Shown: in pieces, positions 21,705-32,560 of the stretch | Position numbering within the stretch: position 1 is the first letter of the stretch | Layout of the letters: each line of letters begins with the position of its first letter | From: Octopus bimaculoides | Lineage: Eukaryota | Direction: 5' to 3' | NCBI RefSeq assembly: GCF_001194135.2 | Contig: NC_069004.1 | Span: 15,881,450 to 15,915,918 of the forward strand | Length of the DNA: 34,469 bases | Translations under genes and position numbers: made by a program | Notes under the pieces: model-generated | What the model saw: only the letters and a program-made list of their open reading frames with translations | What the model was told of the DNA's origin: nothing | Database searches by the model: none

Positions 21705-22250
21705 GNNNNNNNNNNNNNNNNNNNNNNNNNNNNNNNNNNNNNNNNNNNNNNNNNNNNNNNNNNNNNNNNNNNNNNNNNNNNNNNNNNNNNNNNNNNNNNN
21801 NNNNNNATATATATATTCAATTCTTCTTTTATACATTTCTGCCCTAAGGTTGTGGCCAAGCTGGAGCACCGTCAGTGTAATCATCTTTTCAATGGCCAAT
21901 TTTATGTGATTAGCTTTTGGTGAAGGAGGGAGCTCGACACTGCTGCTCTCGGGATAATGCAGTTTCGCACCTCTACTATGAATATAATATAACATAACCT
22001 CATATTTATATTTATGAGTTGGCCTTTTATGGTTTTTATTATTATTTGTTATATAATATTATGTTATGTTATATTATATTCATAGTATTTAATGTAGTAT
22101 TGTAATATAAATAAATTATTGGATTGTCAATAGTATATCTCTATATTTAATTTATCTTTATAATTGAATTATGCCAATATTAATATGGTATCCAAATGAC
22201 GTACCAATGAAGAATTTCTTTTCCTCAGTTTGTTACTATATGTATATATA

Positions 22251-22253
<3 letters not shown>

Positions 22254-22344
<91 letters not shown>
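22254..22344. repeat. (TG)n microsatellite
   Basis: Direct read. Confidence 0.95.
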
Positions 22345-22346
<2 letters not shown>

Positions 22347-22835
22347 CGAGCCGGATGGCGAACAAAAGTGCGGAGTGGAGTGAAAGCGTTTGAAGAGGCC
22401 AGGATAACGCATACAAGACTCAAGAGAAATTTAAGGAAGAATGTAACAATCGAGAAGGTGAATCACAATGATCTTCTTGTGTGCCCAGTTTGTGACAGAC
22501 CATACCTTTCTTTTGCTGGGCTCAAATCTCATTTGCCAACCCATGGAAAACGAACCTCTACCAATAATTCTGCCTATATGTCTGTGCACATCTTTCACTG
22601 CAATGTATGCCAGAAGGTCTGCAAATCTAACGGAGACCTCAAAAGACATTTTAAGATCCACAAAGATCGGAACTTATCTGCAGCTCTTGGCGGTCCAAAT
22701 CGGATATGCGATCTATGTGGGTGTCTTTTCAAAACATTGTCTGGTTTAAAAAGCCACATCAGATGCTATGATGGTTCTAAGGGGTATGTACAGGAGGTGG
22801 TCAAACTCTGCATAAGGAATAGACCACCACCACAT
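22347..22835 (+). mobile_element. RTE-clade LINE 3' end, stop-free, with three C2H2-type zinc fingers
   Basis: RAGWRTKVRSGVKAFEEAR..KRNLRK (RTE terminal helix), then CPVCDRPYLSFAGLKSHLPTH (22482-22544), CNVCQKVCKSNGDLKRHFKIH (22599-22661), CDLCGCLFKTLSGLKSHIRCY (22707-22769). Confidence 0.8.
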
Positions 22836-22837
22836 GA

Positions 22838-22883
<46 letters not shown>

Positions 22884-23370
22884 NNNNNNNNNNNNNNNNN
22901 NNNNNNNNNNNNNNNNNNNNNNNNNNNNNNNNNNNNNNNNNNNNNNNNNNNNNNNNNNNNNNNNNNNNNNNNNNNNNNNNNNNNNNNNNNNNNNNNNNNN
23001 NNNNNNNNNNNNNNNNNNNNNNNNNNNNNNNNNNNNNNNNNNNNNNNNNNNNNNNNNNNNNNNNNNNNNNNNNNNNNNNNNNNNNNNNNNNNNNNNNNNN
23101 NNNNNNNNNNNNNNNNNNNNNNNNNNNNNNNNNNNNNNNNNNNNNNNNNNNNNNNNNNNNNNNNNNNNNNNNNNNNNNNNNNNNNNNNNNNNNNNNNNNN
23201 NNNNNNNNNNNNNNNNNNNNNNNNNNNNNNNNNNNNNNNNNNNNNNNNNNNNNNNNNNNNNNNNNNNNNNNNNNNNNNNNNNNNNNNNNNNNNNNNNNNN
23301 NNNNNNNNNNNNNNNNNNNNNNNNNNNNNNNNNNNNNNNNNNNNNNNNNNTATATATATTTGTGTATATT

Positions 23371-23562
23371 TGTGTCTGTTTGTTCTTCCCACCACCACCA
23401 TCTCTTAGAAACCGATGTTGGTGCGTTTACGTCCATGTAACCTAGCGGTTCGGCAGAAGATATCGATACAATAAGCATCAAGCTTACAAAGAATAAGTTT
23501 AGAGGTCGATACTCCAGCATGGCCACACTCAAATGAATGAAACAAGTAACAGAGTAAAAGAG
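23371..23562 (+). mobile_element. SINE 3' half (31141 family)
   Basis: gtttacgtcc.tgtaac.tagcggttcgg...gcttacaaagaataag...ctccagcatggcc.cactcaaatga.tgaaacaagta..agagtaaaagag matches 31345-31537. Confidence 0.85.
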
Positions 23563-23726
23563 TAAATATATAAAAAGGATGTGTTATAATACTATTCCAC
23601 AGCCATACCAACAATCCAACATACCTCCATCATCAGCTTCCCTACGGATATCATTATGGTTTCGACACCTGGGCAGTACCATTCAATCCGAGGGTGTCAA
23701 AAGCACTAAAATAAGTGTCGTTTGGG

Positions 23727-23756
<30 letters not shown>

Positions 23757-23759
<3 letters not shown>

Positions 23760-25211
23760 CTAGTAACTTTATTGTTGTCTTTGCTGTGGGTTTATTACAT
23801 CTGCATACCTCTGGCCACTTTGTATAGTATCCACAACGATTAGATAGTATGCGCCGTTCACTGATCCAGCGTTGTCGATATGTATCCTGGACCGTGGGTT
23901 CTTAGTCTTTGTGCATAGACCTAGTTTGTCCGAGAGTACTTGCGGAAACATTTAAAAAACTTTTCTCTTTAACTTTTCAGACGAATTATTTTTAGAGGTT
24001 TAGAGATTTATGGGGAGGTTGCATAGATTGAATAATTCTAATCAATCGGTACTAACCAGTTCTGTTGCATTTTTAATGACGAAGACTTTCGCCTTGCATG
24101 TTTTCCCTCGGAATGTGATATCGCCTATGAAATGTAATTTCTCGCTCGTCACGCTACAAGCAGATTTCACTGTTTTTCTCAACATAAGTTTCCCTATTTT
24201 CTTCCATGTGTCCATATTTACTATTGAAATATCACTTCCAGTATCTAACTGAAGTTTAATATGTATTCCATTTATTTTTGTGTCTACGAATTTTCTTATT
24301 TGGATGTTGAAATTTGTTTCGGCTGTTAAGCTTTCTAGGGTTTTTAACGTTTGACCTTCGTAATTTTGTTCAGCAATGTGAACTCTTGTGACCAATTCTT
24401 TTGCAACTGTTACATTTTTGATTTGTAAACGGACAGTCCTTTCTGAAAAGTATGCCACCACATCCATAACATGGATTAGGATGTGGCGCTCATTTTAGTG
24501 GTACTTTTCCGTTCGGCATATCTGTATTTTTGAGGAATCTTTTTTTGAATTTAAAAAAATTTCCACACATCCTGTTGACTGTTCCTGTGTTTGTGATAAA
24601 ATCATCATTCCCTTTTTTCATTATATTCAAACACACCATTCGAGTGTTAAATAGAGAAGTTTTATCCCCGAATATGTTAGACAGTATTCTATTGTTTCTT
24701 TAAAACAAATTTCATTGGGTATTTTGGGCAATATGAAATTACAGTAACGTTCATGCTCTAGCGGAGCTAAATTTCGCAATAACAATCTCACTTTTTTCGT
24801 CCGACCATGATTTGCAATCTTGCTTAAAAATCTCGTACCTTCTGTAGTACGATGCAAAAGTTATACCCTTCTCTGGTTTATAACTGAATTCATTAATCAA
24901 GTTTGAACTTACTTCATTTTTGGACATCTTTGAATATAGCTCCAATAATTCTTGTTGTAGTTACTGCTGCGATAGTTGCTTCTGCAACTCCTGTTGCTGC
25001 TCTTGTTTTTTGCTTTTGCAACTGTACTATGGAAGTTAATAAGTCTTCCATTATTTAACAATTTGTATCACGAACTTGTTAAATAACCTACGTAAGCTTC
25101 GAAAACCTCGTCATCAGATATTGTAGTACAATAAATAAGACAACCAGACAACTGTAAGCAACAATGTAACGAACTAAGAAATCTCTTTACGAACCAACAA
25201 TGAATATTCCT
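23757..25211 (-). mobile_element. Inverted, further-deleted relative of Gypsy element B (partial 5' LTR, PBS, gag, knuckle/protease, RT-integrase fusion)
   Basis: LTR part 25119-25211 matches the B LTRs; PBS TGATGACGAGG 25106-25116; NEFSYKPEKGITFASYYRR, LLRNLAPLEHERYCNFILPK, LQLDTGSDISIV, LGLCTKTKNPRSRIHIDNAG. Confidence 0.92.
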
Positions 25212-25365
25212 AAATTATTTTTTAGGATTATTGACAGGAATTTCTCTTTAGGCCATAAAGATCATTCCATCTTTAACCGGTCACGCTTTAAATTATCGTA
25301 CTCAACCACGCCCAACCTAGGATCTATAATTGCGGTCGACAATAGATTTAAACTTAGAAATAAAA
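25203..25365 (+). pseudogene. PLE RT thumb/linker fragment
   Basis: NIPKLFFRIIDRNFSLGHKDHSIFNRSRFKLSYSTTPNLGSII..DN fits the PLE motif F..LID.HF...H.L..IFNR...K.SYS...N..SII..HN. Confidence 0.75.
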
Positions 25366-26100
25366 CGCCATCACAAATGATCACTCCAAATACCATGATA
25401 ATGTTGACGGGATGTTTGATTTTGATCACTCTCAGTACATGTTTTGGGGACATGGTAAGCCAACGGTTGTTCTCTGTGTTCACAATCTGATCCTGACAGA
25501 AAATTTTCTCGTCTGAGAAAAACCAAAGCATGTTAAGTTGGAGGGGATGCTTGAGTTTGTTCAAAAGCTTCGTAGCGCGGTCTTTCCTCTTGTCCTGGAT
25601 GGCTTGGAATTAAAATTAGCCCTTTCTCATCTTGTATGAGGAATACCGAATGTCTTCATGCACAACCTGCCTGAAACTCAGACACTTCCATGTCCCTGGC
25701 GATGGACCTGATTGACTTAGAGGGATCGTTGTCAATCATGGCCTGGATCTACCAACAAATTCAGGAGTTCTTTTCTTATCAGAACGATCAGAGTGAGTTT
25801 TCCGAGCTGCTGTACCTTTGTAATCACCATTAGACTCATCTAACTCTTTCCGAATACGCTGCACTGTCCTCAAATTGACCTCCAGACACTCTGAAATGTT
25901 CGTATTGGAGCTTCCGGCGCGAATGCCAAGCAGTACAGCATGTCGTTTCCAAATTTATGGCAGAGTGAATTACGTCAAGGCGCTGTTTTTCTCACAGACG
26001 GTGTCCAACTGACCCTACTGTGTAGTCGACAAAATCAAGAACAAACAATGCACATGCGCGAAATTAAAATTATTAAATGGCGACAATTTATCGCACCCTG
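25365..26100 (-). mobile_element. Tc1/mariner DD37D (maT) element, 5' half with terminal repeat
   Basis: End reads TA|CAGGGTGCGATAAATT on minus; HTH WKRHAVLLGIRAGSSNTNISECLEVNLRTV; VHEDIRYSSYKMRKG; WFFSDEKIFCQDQ..N..NNRWL..IKHPVNIIMVFGVI. Confidence 0.88.
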
Positions 26101-27119
26101 TATATAGTCATTTCAAAACATGTCCAATGTTCAAAAACTTTTGAACAACAAGCACATTGATCTCACCCACCTGGAGTAGTGGGAGTCTTCAGTCTTGAGT
26201 AATTTCTTGTTAGTGATTGTGATAATGATGTTGATGCTGGTGTAAAAGAAAAAAAAACATCTAATAGCTTATATTGAAAATAGTCATAGCTATTTTTTTA
26301 AATATTTGTATAAAATATATTTCTATTAAGTTTTATCATTAAGGCACCATATCTCCCGGATCTCCAGAATTCTTTTCTTTTACAGAACCTTGGGAATCTT
26401 CGCAACCTACTTAGAGAAACAAACTAATTAATATGTAAATATCTTGCTTTCTTTCATGGGTTAATGGAAAAAGTTCACAGGACAACCAACAGCAACAACA
26501 TCGAGAAAAACAGAAACAGCAACATCGAGTACACCAACAGCAACAACACCAAGTATACCATCAACAGCAATTATAGGAAAGGTATTGGTAGCAGCGGCGG
26601 TGTGGGTAGTGGAGAGGCCTAATTTTTGCTGACGTCATTAGCAACACCGGGTGTTTGTGGCATTGGTACTGATGAAGGGAGTTGATGCACTTTTGCTACG
26701 GCATCATTCAACCTCCATACACACTCATCTCCGACTAGAACGCTGCAAATGAATTTTTTGACGAAGCGAAAATAAAGTAGCCAATTAACACAACAGTTGA
26801 AACAACACACAACCATCTGCGATTTACGGTTCAGCGCTGCATATAATAATGCCGACATCTTTCGCATGTTTAAACAATAAGAAAGGCCAGCTAGGGATGT
26901 GACCCGAGATTTAAACCAGCTTACTGTCTGGTAAACAACTCATATATTTGGCATTCTCAAATTTCGTGGTAAATTAGAATTTCATAACACTGCACTCTTC
27001 TACTACAGAAAAGGAAGAGTGAGAGGTGACAACATTAATGTGGTAGTGAGTGAAAGGGAGAGACGGCGTGATAAAGTAGATATGTAGAGAGAAAAAGTAA
27101 TTTAAAAAGAGGATCAAAA

Positions 27120-27164
27120 CATTTATCTGCCTGTCTATCAGACACAGAAATAGACATAACTAGG

Positions 27165-27200
<36 letters not shown>

Positions 27201-27520
27201 TAAACATACGGATATAGATAAACAAATTGCTCGATAGACAAATAGATCGATAAACAGACAAATTGATCGATAGAATACCAAACAGATAGATCGATAGAAC
27301 AATAGGCAGATCAATAGATGAATAGACAGACAAATCGATTGACAGATGGATAATAAATACGATAGACCAACCGATAGATAGATCCATAGATCCAAAGATA
27401 GACGGATAGATCATTGGAGAGACAGATCGACAGACCCATAGATATGTTCAATAGCTCGATAGATCCATAGAAAGATCGAAAGAGAGATCAATAGATCGCT
27501 AGACAGATCGATCAATAGAA
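27120..27520. repeat. Degenerate (GATA)/(GACA) tetranucleotide repeat
   Basis: Direct read. Confidence 0.85.
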
Positions 27521-27734
27521 AGAATTACATGGAACTGTAAATAAATGTAAAAGACCATAAAGCTTTACTTATGTTTTGTGCAGATGTAATGTTTGTAACG
27601 TGTGACGTCTGTATGTATAGATATGTATATGCAAATACACGAGCTAAGACATTACATACGCAATGTCATATGGCGTGCATACATACAAACAAGTGCATGT
27701 ATGGATGTAAGTGTTTACTCAGTTGATGCTGTAC

Positions 27735-27910
27735 TACAGTATCAATTCTGGTGTACCATATGGTTCGGTTTCGTCAGCCACTCTCTTTCTTCTATACATT
27801 AATTATCTACTTGTCGTTAGGACCCACAACGTCCACTCTTATGGACATATGTCCCTTCATTCATCCTTAACCTTCCTAAACTACGCACCGCGCAACCAAG
27901 ACACCACACG
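27735..27910 (+). pseudogene. LINE (CR1/L2/Jockey group) RT core fragment
   Basis: INSGVPYGSVSSATLFLLYINYLL..THNVHSYGHMSLHSS aligns with GVPQGSVL.PTLFL..INDL...IHSYADD. Confidence 0.8.
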
Positions 27911-28169
27911 CTGAACTGGCAGGAACCGATACAAGAATATATACATTATATATAGGACTGGCTGAAGATCACATCTCTGTCAGTCGCTCGGAGCATCAAA
28001 TGGTGGTAGTGGCTGCATGTTACATGTTAATTTCTATCTGTAACCATGGGAGAGAAAAGCTGTAGTGAAGACTAAAGCTTACAAAAACATTCGCGGTTGT
28101 AAAAATGTGGCACAAAACATTGAGCTCGGTGGCAATTTTATCAAAAGATAACTATGTGTGACTGTGTGC

Positions 28170-28228
<59 letters not shown>

Positions 28229-29194
28229 NNNNNNNNNNNNNNNNNNNNNNNNNNNNNNNNNNNNNNNNNNNNNNNNNNNNNNNNNNNNNNNNNNNNNNNN
28301 NNNNNNNNNNNNNNNNNNNNNNNNNNNNNNNNNNNNNNNNNNNNNNNNNNNNNNNNNNNNNNNNNNNNNNNNNNNNNNNNNNNNNNNNNNNNNNNNNNNN
28401 NNNNNNNNNNNNNNNNNNNNNNNNNNNNNNNNNNNNNNNNNNNNNNNNNNNNNNNNNNNNNNNNNNNNNNNNNNNNNNNNNNNNNNNNNNNNNNNNNNNN
28501 NNNNNNNNNNNNNNNNNNNNNNNNNNNNNNNNNNNNNNNNNNNNNNNNNNNNNNNNNNNNNNNNNNNNNNNNNNNNNNNNNNNNNNNNNNNNNNNNNNNN
28601 NNNNNNNNNNNNNNNNNNNNNNNNNNNNNNNNNNNNNNNNNNNNNNNNNNNNNNNNNNNNNNNNNNNNNNNNNNNNNNNNNNNNNNNNNNNNNNNNNNNN
28701 NNNNNNNNNNNNNNNNNNNNNNNNNNNNNNNNNNNNNNNNNNNNNNNNNNNNNNNNNNNNNNNNNNNNNNNNNNNNNNNNNNNNNNNNNNNNNNNNNNNN
28801 NNNNNNNNNNNNNNNNNNNNNNNNNNNNNNNNNNNNNNNNNNNNNNNNNNNNNNNNNNNNNNNNNNNNNNNNNNNNNNNNNNNNNNNNNNNNNNNNNNNN
28901 NNNNNNNNNNNNNNNNNNNNNNNNNNNNNNNNNNNNNNNNNNNNNNNNNNNNNNNNNNNNNNNNNNNNNNNNNNNNNNNNNNNNNNNNNNNNNNNNNNNN
29001 NNNNNNNNNNNNNNNNNNNNNNNNNNNNNNNNNNNNNNNNNNNNNNNNNNNNNNNNNNNNNNNNNNNNNNNNNNNNNNNNNNNNNNNNNNNNNNNNNNNN
29101 NNNNNNNNNNNNNNNNNNNNNNNNNNNNNNNNNNNNNNNNNNNNNNNNNNNNNNNNNNNNNNNNNNNNNNNNNNNNNNNNNNNNNNNNNNNNNN

Positions 29195-29231
<37 letters not shown>

Positions 29232-29643
29232 TTAAAGATCCAACCGAAGTAGAATCAGCAAAAAAAGTACTCCAACTAGTGAGAGATAAATATAAATTTA
29301 AATACACAACGGAAAGAGCTTCTAATAGTTTCATGCTTTTATGATACTTTAAATAGGCATATTTATAAAATACGCCATGTATCTTAAAGCGATCTCTCAG
29401 GCTCTGTTTATACTTTAGATGGATCGGTGGCATTCTATCTAATGACTCCGCTCAGAAGGCTGTTATATTATTGTGGTAGTAACCCGGTAAAGAAATATAT
29501 GGAATAACTTTAAATACGTTTATTGTGGTTACACGTATATATACACAAGCTGAAAGGAAGTGTTTGATGTACAATTGTTCATATATCTACATGCATCTGC
29601 GTGGGTTGTATGTTATCTGTTAACCCTGGTGAGTAAAGCTCAC

Positions 29644-29958
29644 GAACAGCGATATGTAGGAACCAGTGCAGTGTGTTGGTGCTGTGTAGATGTTTGGTGA
29701 CGACGTTGATGAGAGACATCATGGTGGCGACGAAGATGGAGGTCGCTGTAATGTGGTCAGTGGTCAGAACTTAGAAAGTCTGGAACCAACTGACGTCGAG
29801 CCTAGGAAGAGAGGTGAGCTTTTATAGCTGACGGGTAAGCTCAAATGCTTGTTTGGAGCAGACTGTCTCACGTGACTTATTTGAAGGTTGTGATTGGTTG
29901 GGTTACATATTGGCGCGCGATAGAGTAAGAGAGAAATTGCACTAATACCAACCAATCA
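29644..29958 (-). promoter_or_regulatory. Candidate Pol II core promoter and first exon
   Basis: On minus: AACCAATCA boxes at 29891-29899 and (inverted) 29950-29958, TCACGTGA E-box 29868-29875, TATAAAAG from 29826, Inr TCAGTT 29793-29788, Kozak GCCACCATG 29728-29720, donor GTGAGC at 29643; CpG retained locally. Confidence 0.4.
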
Positions 29959-30825
29959 GAGTGGTTGACACAACAGGGTCCAAAACAGCGCCCAAAGGTT
30001 AGCTGTTACCTGCTACGTTCGTAAGTATGTAATATAAGAGAATAAACTCAGAGTTCGCTACAATACGTTATACATATTTTTAAAACAAGTACGCTGGACA
30101 ATGAGAAACTGAGAGAAAAAAACCATATATATATTTGTTGATTCATCAGAAGCAATAAATCGATAAATTACATGACTGAATACAAATGTAGAAAATTCTT
30201 TAATACATTCTAACTGAAAGTCTCCAATGTCCAATGCTCAGAGTTACTCGTTTCCTAACATCTGCTGGTATATTGGCGCTTGTTTTCTCTTGAAATATTC
30301 AGTTTGAATATCTGTTGGCATATAGAATAAAAGTTGGAATAAAACTTTTATCCTTATGTTCTTTTAAAAAAAAAAATCATTTGTGAACGACTGCAAAAGC
30401 CTTAAGGATTATAATATATCACATAATTACACACCCACACCCACACCCACACCCACACGCGCGCGCACGCACAAAAGCACAAACGTTCACACATATTTGT
30501 TAACGGTTATTTTAAATACTTTTCTCACTGTATTGCGTGTTCGTTTCTTTTTAACATCTGAGATTTTATATTTGATCTTCTATGTTAATGAAGATACTTC
30601 TTTCGTTTTGTTGCTTTTCTTCCTACGAAATGAGAAGACACTTTGCAGAACTTGTTTTAACGAGTTGTGTCTATTTATCACTCGATGAGACGCATCTGCA
30701 CCCCCGGATACTCCTGAACCAGTTGTTAAGCGTCCCACCCGTGAGGGATCGATGCTAGATGTGCCGAAACAATTGTCGTGATTAATAATAAATTCTCGTA
30801 TATTCCATCTTCCGTTTCTCTCTTA

Positions 30826-30826
<1 letters not shown>

Positions 30827-30897
<71 letters not shown>
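30827..30897. repeat. (CA)n microsatellite
   Basis: Direct read. Confidence 0.95.
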
Positions 30898-30900
<3 letters not shown>

Positions 30901-31140
30901 TGCACACATAGACACACACACAGGTATATATGTATGTATGCATAATAACATTTTCGAAAATAAAACTTTTAATTGGAATAATATGCGTTTTGCAGCAGCA
31001 TCTATTGTATGATGAAAAAATCCGTTACATATACAAATCAACGGAACCCTCGAACTTTCTCTCACCCACCGATCCTCCACTAAAATGTATTGAGGTTATT
31101 GCTAACAGTGTAGATGTGCACGTTCACTCTCTCTTCCTCC

Positions 31141-31313
31141 GCTGTGTGGTAAGTAGCTTGCTTACCAACCACATGGTTCCGGGTTCATCACCACTGTGTG
31201 GCACCTTGGGCAAGTGTTTTCTACTATAGCCTGGGACTGACCAAAGCCTTGTGAGTGGATTTGGTAGACGGAAACTGAAAGAAGCCTGTCGTATATATGT
31301 GTATATATATATA

Positions 31314-31345
<32 letters not shown>

Positions 31346-31537
31346 TGTCCCCCCAACATCGCTTGACAACCGATGGTGGTGTTTACGTCCCCGTAACTTA
31401 GCGGTTCGGTAAAAGAGACCGATAGAATAAGTACTAGGCTTACAAAGAATAAGTCCTGGGGTCAATTTGCTCGACTAAAAGCGGTGCTCCAGCATGGCCG
31501 CAGTCAAATGACTGAAACAAGTAAAAGAGTAAAAGAA
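31141..31537 (+). mobile_element. Near full-length tRNA-derived SINE with internal (TA)/(TG) microsatellite
   Basis: A-box-like TGTGGTAAG and B-box-like GGTTC head; pieces of the same element at 9259, 21549 and 23371; AAAAGAG tail; resembles recalled octopus SINEs. Confidence 0.85.
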
Positions 31538-31540
31538 TAT

Positions 31541-31622
<82 letters not shown>
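31538..31622. repeat. (TA)n microsatellite
   Basis: Direct read. Confidence 0.95.
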
Positions 31623-31635
<13 letters not shown>

Positions 31636-31720
31636 GTTGTGTCTGGGGAGAGTCGTTCTCTTTTGGTGACACACTCACCGGTAAAATTTCCACTTGTTTC
31701 TTTTTTATTTTTCTAAAATT

Positions 31721-31784
31721 TTCGTTGCGTCTTGCAACCTTTTCAATGGTTTTAATTATTGAAAATGTTGCAAGACGCAACGAA
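31721..31784. repeat. 27-bp inverted repeat, 10-nt loop
   Basis: TTCGTTGCGTCTTGCAACCTTTTCAAT / ATTGAAAATGTTGCAAGACGCAACGAA, 26/27 complementary. Confidence 0.95.
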
Positions 31785-32089
31785 GATATATATACACACA
31801 CACACTCAAAGTTAATATAAACACCAGGTTGCAATGTTTCACCAAAAAGGAGAAAGATAATTGTCACTAAATGTGATTAGGGTGTTCTGGTCACACTATC
31901 TTTCCGGAGAGTTCCATAATTAAATTTGCTGAACAATATTTCGGTATCTCGCATACCTTCAACGGGTTCGAAATTTGATATGTCAGTCTACTTCATTTTT
32001 TTATAGATAATATAGGACTGCTATGACTCCTCTGGAGGGAATATGTAAATTGTACAATATCGGATGCAGAGGTAATTTCCTAACTAAGG

Positions 32090-32560
32090 TCTTCTATGGC
32101 CCTTCGAGCAACTTGCTGGAGATGATAATGAGAGCAGGCGCGAGGATGTAGCTCTGTTTTACACTGTTTCCTATTGGAAAGGGTATTTTGAGAGCTCGTT
32201 GTGGTATCCGACTCGTTATTTTTATATATATATATAACTGGATGACCATGTGGAAGAAAGATATCCCAACTGTACTTTGATTTCCCACAGACCCTTCCTT
32301 CCTGTCTACAATATCAAAATCTTTAATCTGAAAGGTCCAAAAACGCTACATACAGTCCCTTGTTCTGTTCCCTACATTTTTCTTTTGGAGTTGCCTGAGG
32401 ACAAATACAATACCAGTGGTGCTCCTGTTGGCCCTGAGTTCACATTTATTCTCTGAAGGGTCGTAGATGCTAAGCATATCCTTCGGCCTTCGCAATAGAT
32501 AATTTTGGTGGGTGAAGTGCAGTGTGTGGAACTGGTCCCAAATTTTCAATCCGAGGTTCA
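32090..32560 (-). pseudogene. RTE-clade LINE RT fragment
   Basis: CELRANRSTTGIVFVLRQLQKK / CREQNKGLYVAFLDLS / FFHMVIQL / FPIGNSVKQSYILAPAL, matching QCGFR..RST.DM.F.LRQLQEKCREQ..LY..F.DL and GVKQGCVLAP. Confidence 0.88.

Noticed and set aside
25095-25120. CTGATGACGAGGTTTTCGAAGC (minus) resembles a hammerhead core
   Set aside because: Better explained as the decayed tRNA-Ser primer-binding site next to the LTR; no GAAA or stems.
26665-26720. CTGATGAAGGG motif
   Set aside because: No stem II closure or GAAA at a suitable distance.
29226-29344. Frame EFKDPTEVESAKKVLQLVRDKYKFKY looks exon-like
   Set aside because: No recognisable family, no polypyrimidine acceptor (preceded by CA repeat and a gap), no clear donor.
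29545-29634. Perfect plus-strand splice donor CTG|GTGAGT at 29629
   Set aside because: All three frames from the nearest upstream AG contain stops; no supporting exon.
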